Assembly (NCBI GenBank): GCA_043813605.1
Contig: JBDRKX010000043.1
Location: 1 to 41,175, forward strand
Reading direction: 5' to 3'
DNA length: 41,175 bases
Source of the DNA: Elusimicrobiota bacterium
GTDB taxonomy: Bacteria > CG03 > SLGR01 > JBDRKX01
Made by a program: the position numbers and the translations under genes. The notes beneath the pieces are model-generated. The model did not search any database. It saw nothing but the letters and a program-made list of their open reading frames with translations, and was not told where the DNA came from. This document shows, piece by piece, positions 37,001-41,175 of this stretch (its first letter is position 1; each line of letters opens with the position of its first letter).

Positions 37001-40000
37001 ATCCTGCCGGGCACCTCATCCATATTTGCCTGGGAAGTCGCCAGGAATCCCAGGTTGGGTCCGCCGCTGTTTACAGGATTTCCGAATGACTGGCCTTCTC
37101 CCACAGCTATATCCGCGCCGTACATGGCCGGCGCTTCCAGTATATCCAGTGAATGAGGATCAGTAGTGCAGCTTACGAACATGGCTCCGGCTTCATGGAT
37201 CACTTCAGAGAGGCCTTTTAATCCGCCTTCTATCTGTCCTATAAAACTGGGCTGCTGTACTATTACACAGGCGACTTCATCGTTCAGCATATTCTTTAAA
37301 GCTTCTTTATCTATACCGCCTGTTTCCTTATTAAGTGGAACCTGCCTGACTTCGCAGTCAACATCCTCGGCATATGTTTCAAGCAGCCTGAGATAATTAG
37401 GATTAAGCGAATTGGCGACAAGAAATATATTTCTGTCTCCTGAAGTACTTGTTATCCGCGCACTCATAAACGCAGCCTCAGCCAGAGCGGTTGCTCCGTC
37501 ATACATGGAGGCATTAGAGACTTCCATACCGGTCAACTGACATATCTGGGACTGGAAGACATAGAAGAGCCTGAGAAGACCCTGCGCCACTTCCGCCTGG
37601 TAAGGGGTATAAGGAGTATATATACCCCTAAGCGAAGTTACCCAGTCAACCACATCCGGCCAGCTGTAGTCATAACTGCCCGCTCCAAGAAAAGAGGAAT
37701 ATTCCTTCGGGCTGTAATTCATACCGGCAAGGCGCTTGTGGTACTCTAAATTTTTGCGGCGGCTCAAGCCAGGCGCAAGACCGAACGAAGGTTTGAAGAA
37801 ATCATCTAATTTAAGGCTTGTTCCCAGCCTTACCAATGCTTTATAAGTATCGCTGAACACGCCAAGGAGTTTATCTACAGCGTCTACCCTGATATAATCC
37901 AGCATTTTCCTGATCTGCGATTCGTTGAGTGTAATATAATATTTCGCGTTCTCTTTAAATTCGCTCCTGCGGTTGTAGGTAATATTGTTTACAAACGGTT
38001 TATTTACAACTTTTGCCTTTACACGTTCTTTACCTACCTGGATCTCAACGATCTGACCCGGGTTAACATGTTCTCTATTAATATAAGCATGCCATGCTGT
38101 TGTTCCAAGGTGCTCGGAGATCGTACCGCTTGTCACCACACCTACTTCCGTATCATCTATGAACACCTTATAATCCTGATAAGCCACTCTCTTGCCTTCC
38201 AGTTCAAGTGCTGCCTGCTTAAATCCCTGAACCTTTCCTGCTTTAATATCGTTCACATGGTTTACATAGGCATCTTTCCCTATAAAATCTTCTTTTCCGG
38301 TCGCAACAGCCCAGCCGTAACCTGCCTCAAACGGAGTAATATACATGGAAGACTCAGTAATGCTTTCATCATAAGGATCTATACTCGGCCACTCATGCCC
38401 GTATAAAGGAAGGCTGGCTTCCTGACGCGCGATATCTCTTGCACCGAGCCCGGCTGCCTTGAGCCCGTACTCTCTGCCTGCTTCAATTATCTTATTCCAG
38501 AGCTCTTCAGCTATATCCTGCGGCGCAAAGATCTCAAACCCTTCTTCTCCGCTATACCCGCCGCGCTGGATAAGCATTTTTCTTCCGGAAACCTTTATCT
38601 CTTCCGCTCTGAAGTACTCCAGGGTATCAAGGTCATGATCTGTCAGCTTCTGAAGTATTTCCTCGGCATATGGACCCTGAAGACTGAAGAGGCTCACGCG
38701 CTTTTCTTTATCTTCAGCATCATAAAGATCTGTTATCCGGAGGTCTTTTTCGGATATATTTGAAAATTGTTCAGCGCGCTTCTCATTCATCCATTTTTTG
38801 ATCTTTTCCCTGTTCGCGGCATTGACCACCATCTTATAATGATCTTTTAACCGATACACCAGTATATCATCGAGAGGGCGCGCCTTTTCGTCCAGAAAGA
38901 ACGAGTACTGCACATCGCCTTCTTTCATCCTGCTGACATCGTTTGAAGTAAGATACTGCAGGAAAGCCTCTGTTTCTCTACCTGAGAACTCAAACACAGC
39001 CATGTGTCCGATATCCCAGATAGCGGCATTATTTCTCAGAGCCTTAACCTCGTCATTTGTATCAGTGTATCTAGAAGGCAGCCACCAGCCGCAGAACTCT
39101 GTTATACTGGCGCCGGCTTTTTTATGGAGATCTTTAAGAGGGGTGCTCAGTATTATTTCCTTACCCCAGTCTTCGGGATCCGCCTCATTAGATGAGAACA
39201 GAGTAAGTTCAGGGGCCATAAGCTGTTCTACAGTAGCGCCGGCCTTTACTGCAAGCGTCATCTCCGCTATGGCATATGGGGCTATAGGGCCTACGATTGC
39301 AGCACCCAGTATATTTGATGATTGTTTGTCAATAATAAATTTAAAAATATTCTTCTTATCAGCAGTTTCAAGATATTTAATATCTATATCCAGACCTGCT
39401 TCTTGTGCAGATTTTTCAGTTAATCCTACAGTTCCCAATTCAGGCATACTGAAAATTACACCAGGGATCTGGTTATAATTAAGGATATGCGTATCATTGC
39501 CGGCTATCGTATGGGCGGCTATAATTCCTTCTCTGGATGCCTTATGAGCAAGGAGCTGTCTTCCAGTGATATCGCCTATAGCAAAAATATTATCAGAGTA
39601 TTTCCCGTTACTAAGTCTTACCTGATAGTTTTCATTTACATCAACGATTCCTTTACCTGTCAAAGAAATGTCGTTATCTTCTAACCCTTCTGTATTGAAT
39701 GCCCGGCCGATTGCCATTAAGATCTTTCCTGATGGAAGATTGGAAGGGTCTATTCCATCTCCCAACTCAAACTTTATACCCTGGTTCTCCATTTTATTCT
39801 GTACGATATCGGCCATCTCCTTATCCAGAGCACCCGGACATACCTGATTCTCTTTTTCTACAACAACTACCTTACTGCCCAACTTGTTGTATATGGAGGC
39901 GAATTCCAGCCCGATTGCTCCTGCACCGATGATAGTCAACTCATTCGGAACATCTAATTCTAAAGCATCGGTACTGTCTATTATCTTTTTGTGATCTATC

Positions 40001-41175
40001 TCAAGTCCCGGGAAAGAAGCAGGTCTTGAACCTGTCGCAAGAATAAGATTTTCTGTCTTTATATTCTTATTACCTACTGCTATCTCAAGCTTATCGCCTG
40101 ACAGTTTACTCTTCTTAAAAGAGACATCACCCCTGATTAATGTTATTCCATTAGAAGCAAGGAGGCCTTCAATTCCGCTTCCCAGCGTATTAACAATAGT
40201 CTCCATGTTTTTTCTGATTTCAGGTGCTGTCTTTTCTGATTTAACAGCTTCCAAAATTATCTTTGTCGGTATACAGCCCTTTACAAGGCATGTCCCGCCG
40301 AGCTTCTCTTTTTCTATTATAGCTACCCTCTTGCCAAGCTGCGCAGCGCGGATCGCAGAGACATATCCTCCAGGACCGGTTCCGATTACAATCACATCAT
40401 ATCCATCCCCGGCGACCGGAGACTTCTGTTTCTCAGGCGCCTTATGTATGGCAAACCCCAGGACAGCCTCTGCTGCCTCTCCTATAGCTTCCGGAAGAGT
40501 GGGGTGCGCGTAAACAAGATCGGCTAAATCCTCTGTTTTAAGTTCCAGATCGATAGCAAGTTTAATTGTTCTGATAAGTTCCTTTGCATGAAAACCCTTT
40601 ATACGAGCACCGAGGATCTTATGGGAATCCTTATCGGCGAATATCTTTACAGAACCGTCGAGTCTCTCAAGCACCCGCGACATTCCGAGGCCCATAAACG
40701 GAAACTCGCCTGTTATGATTTTCGGATTATTTTCTGCCTCTTCTTCCATTATACCTATTGAGATATTTTCTTCAGGAAAATCTTCAGTAATTCTTGCAGG
40801 AACATCGGCAGAAATTTTTCCAGAATTTTCTATAGGAATTTCTACAGGAATATCTACAGATATTTCTCCGGGAACTATGGCATCTTTCTGCGAAATGACA
40901 CGAACTTTACGGGCTTTTTTCCTGCCCAGTACGTTCAGCGTGAATACTATCCCGGCCGACACGATCACCGCTATTGCCGCTGCCAGCGGGCCGGCGCTAA
41001 CCAGGAAAACAGCAGATATACCCGCTCCGATTATACCCGCGCCGGTTATCAATAATACACGGTACCTCGTCAGGAAATTCTTTTTAACAGGTTTTTCGGC
41101 TATCTTCAGTGTATCCTGCAGTATATCCCCGCCCTTCAGCAGTTCCTGCAGTTTCGCTATCCGGGACGCATCACG
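1..41175 (-). CDS. Giant multi-enzyme, multi-pass membrane protein (partial at both ends; at least 13,725 aa in this window)
   Basis: The minus frame whose codons occupy + positions 3k+1..3k+3 is open at the top ([16 protein letters not shown]), at the bottom ([20 protein letters not shown]) and across every module junction I translated. The ORF track lists no minus ORF in this frame despite many Met codons, which implies no in-frame stop. Confidence 0.93.
4174..5253 (-). other. batB: BatB-like membrane VWA module
   Basis: [72 protein letters not shown]-terminal TM. Confidence 0.75.
5461..6345 (-). other. batC: BatC-like TPR module with K/Q/D-rich tail
   Basis: Signal-like helix; TPR motifs ([22 protein letters not shown]); then [24 protein letters not shown]. 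Confidence 0.65.
6361..7389 (-). other. batA: BatA-like membrane VWA module
   Basis: [11 protein letters not shown]-terminal [18 protein letters not shown] (MIDAS); [45 protein letters not shown]-terminal TM. Confidence 0.75.
7522..8370 (-). other. Bat-operon-type Ig-like + TM + helical membrane protein module (the conserved protein normally upstream of batA)
   Basis: Beta-rich segment; [27 protein letters not shown]; then [32 protein letters not shown]. Confidence 0.65.
8401..11391 (-). other. Signal-peptide-like helix followed by a probably extracytoplasmic helical region with a zincin-like HExxH motif
   Basis: [32 protein letters not shown], then about 950 aa including [21 protein letters not shown] (HEGMH at 9355-9369). 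Confidence 0.55.
11536..11958 (-). repeat. 4-TM membrane module, copy 2 (CPBP/Abi-like, degenerate)
   Basis: [55 protein letters not shown]. Confidence 0.7.
11989..12525 (-). other. VWA domain with intact MIDAS (CobT/midasin-like)
   Basis: [11 protein letters not shown] (DxSxS at 12493-12507); [18 protein letters not shown]. Confidence 0.88.
12805..13230 (-). repeat. D/E/G/Q-rich low-complexity linker
   Basis: [31 protein letters not shown] ... [23 protein letters not shown]. Confidence 0.8.
13261..13920 (-). other. HExxH metallopeptidase-like domain of the type found N-terminal to CobT-like VWA proteins
   Basis: [10 protein letters not shown] (HESLH at 13720-13734) followed by [10 protein letters not shown]...WPG. 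Confidence 0.7.
14200..16149 (-). other. AAA+ tandem pair 3 (last domain lacks its lid)
   Basis: GQTSTGKT (15919-15942) with [18 protein letters not shown] (14647-14670) with CLVLEEVNF; homology ends right after [19 protein letters not shown]. Confidence 0.9.
16201..20040 (-). repeat. HEAT/ARM-like helical repeat insert 2 (about 1,280 aa)
   Basis: Repeats such as [51 protein letters not shown]. Confidence 0.7.
20101..22305 (-). other. AAA+ tandem pair 2
   Basis: GQTSTGKT (22075-22098) with [18 protein letters not shown] (20842-20865) with CLVLEEVNF; close paralog of pair 1. Confidence 0.9.
22351..24525 (-). other. AAA+ tandem pair 1 (A-type + B-type; midasin/dynein/MoxR clade)
   Basis: A: GQTSTGKT (24295-24318), [37 protein letters not shown] (23077-23100), [24 protein letters not shown]. 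Confidence 0.9.
24601..26520 (-). repeat. HEAT/ARM-like helical repeat insert 1
   Basis: Recurring ~35-40 aa units: [50 protein letters not shown]. Confidence 0.7.
26590..26868 (-). other. Orphan AAA+ small (lid) subdomain
   Basis: [52 protein letters not shown] matches the lids after the B-type AAA domains at ~22350-22600 and ~20100-20370, but has no P-loop domain before it. Confidence 0.8.
26929..27369 (-). repeat. 4-TM membrane module, copy 1 (CPBP/Abi-like, degenerate); paralog of 11536-11958
   Basis: [56 protein letters not shown]. Confidence 0.7.
27424..28374 (-). other. meaB: MeaB/ArgK-family GTPase (mutase chaperone) module
   Basis: [71 protein letters not shown]. Confidence 0.93.
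28552..29538 (-). other. argF: Ornithine carbamoyltransferase module
   Basis: [65 protein letters not shown]. Confidence 0.94.
29650..30030 (-). other. Multi-TM spacer module between the mutase and OTC
   Basis: [55 protein letters not shown]. Confidence 0.6.
30070..31626 (-). other. B12-dependent acyl-CoA mutase large (substrate-binding) domain, isobutyryl-CoA-mutase-like
   Basis: [92 protein letters not shown]. Specificity positions are F and Q, not the Y and R of MCM. Confidence 0.9.
31705..32079 (-). other. Intact cobalamin-binding domain (acyl-CoA mutase small subunit type)
   Basis: [19 protein letters not shown] (DxHxxG, His at 32038-32040); [15 protein letters not shown]. Confidence 0.92.
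32149..32310 (-). other. Transmembrane hairpin between the two B12 domains
   Basis: [21 protein letters not shown] ... [24 protein letters not shown]. Confidence 0.7.
32377..32745 (-). other. Degenerate cobalamin-binding domain (mutase small-subunit type) without the Co-ligand His
   Basis: [41 protein letters not shown] is replaced by NGQDKD and GGIIP by RGEFP. Confidence 0.85.
32815..33645 (-). other. lipA: Lipoyl synthase (radical SAM) module
   Basis: [18 protein letters not shown] (CX4CX5C); CTRNCSFC (CX3CX2C); [39 protein letters not shown]. Confidence 0.94.
33688..34299 (-). other. lipB: Octanoyltransferase module
   Basis: [55 protein letters not shown]. Confidence 0.92.
34540..34917 (-). 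other. gcvH: Glycine cleavage H protein (lipoyl carrier) module
   Basis: GEWV...AGMSD...[35 protein letters not shown]...EPYSAGWL; lipoyl-Lys at 34726-34728 in VEQDKA (canonical VESVKA). Confidence 0.85.
35071..36468 (-). other. gcvPB: Glycine dehydrogenase (P protein) subunit 2 module
   Basis: [45 protein letters not shown]-lysine motif [21 protein letters not shown] (K at 35749-35751); MIEPTET. Confidence 0.93.
36550..37941 (-). other. gcvPA: Glycine dehydrogenase (P protein) subunit 1 module
   Basis: [65 protein letters not shown]. Confidence 0.93.
37990..39150 (-). other. gcvT: Glycine cleavage aminomethyltransferase (T protein) module
   Basis: [74 protein letters not shown]-terminal AKVVNKPF. 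Confidence 0.93.
39217..40401 (-). other. lpdA: Dihydrolipoamide dehydrogenase (E3 / L protein) module
   Basis: [23 protein letters not shown] (FAD); [13 protein letters not shown] (redox disulfide); [11 protein letters not shown] (NAD); IFAIGDITG...LLAHKAS. Its own interface domain lacks HPTxxE. Confidence 0.93.
40444..40803 (-). other. Extra dihydrolipoamide dehydrogenase C-terminal (interface) domain carrying the catalytic His-Glu motif; in-frame module
   Basis: SIGIMEEEA...[35 protein letters not shown]...[30 protein letters not shown] at 40489-40506. Confidence 0.85.
40927..41058 (-). other. Transmembrane hairpin within the giant ORF
   Basis: [44 protein letters not shown], flanked by basic residues (KKNFLTRYR / GRKKARK). 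Confidence 0.75.

Noticed and set aside
27424..40401. Reading this as an ordinary operon of separate genes (lpdA, gcvT, gcvPA, gcvPB, gcvH, lipB, lipA, mutase, argF, meaB)
   Set aside because: The junctions have no stop codons, and most modules lack a Met at the usual start (e.g. [29 protein letters not shown]).
1136..40513. About 110 short + strand ORFs in the supplied track
   Set aside because: They are antisense shadows of the giant minus-strand ORF: Ser/Phe/Ile-rich, overlapping and without recognisable motifs. The apparent paralogs (e.g. MNLFLNGIG at 14264 and 20459) just mirror the AAA repeats.
1..41175. Stop-codon reassignment (code 4, 15 or 25) as the cause of the long ORF
   Set aside because: The frame is open under the standard code. 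No in-frame TGA or TAG was met in the translated parts, and Trp is encoded by TGG.

Overview
The whole 41,175-bp window is the interior of one giant minus-strand ORF of at least 13,725 codons, with neither start nor stop inside the window. The supplied ORF track misses it. Every listed + strand ORF is an antisense shadow, and no minus-strand ORF is listed in this frame, as expected if the frame never meets a stop. I translated both window ends and the module junctions by hand and they are all in the same open frame. From N to C (high to low coordinate) the chain contains: (1) a TM hairpin; (2) an extra E3 interface domain, then dihydrolipoamide dehydrogenase, GcvT, GcvPA, GcvPB, GcvH, LipB and LipA, i.e. 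a complete glycine cleavage system with its lipoylation enzymes; (3) a degenerate and an intact B12-binding domain, an isobutyryl-CoA-mutase-type large domain, ornithine carbamoyltransferase and the MeaB GTPase; (4) a 4-TM CPBP-like module; (5) a midasin-like set of six AAA+ domains (3 tandem pairs, circularly permuted, with HEAT-like inserts), then an HExxH domain, an acidic linker and a VWA/MIDAS domain; (6) a second copy of the 4-TM module and an exported zincin-like region; (7) a fused Bat-type membrane complex (Ig-TM protein, BatA, BatC, BatB); (8) HEAT-like helical repeats. This resembles the giant multi-enzyme membrane proteins known from Omnitrophota, but the taxonomy is inference. No RNA genes, mobile elements, CRISPR arrays or intergenic DNA were seen. 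Domain boundaries are approximate and come from manual translation.
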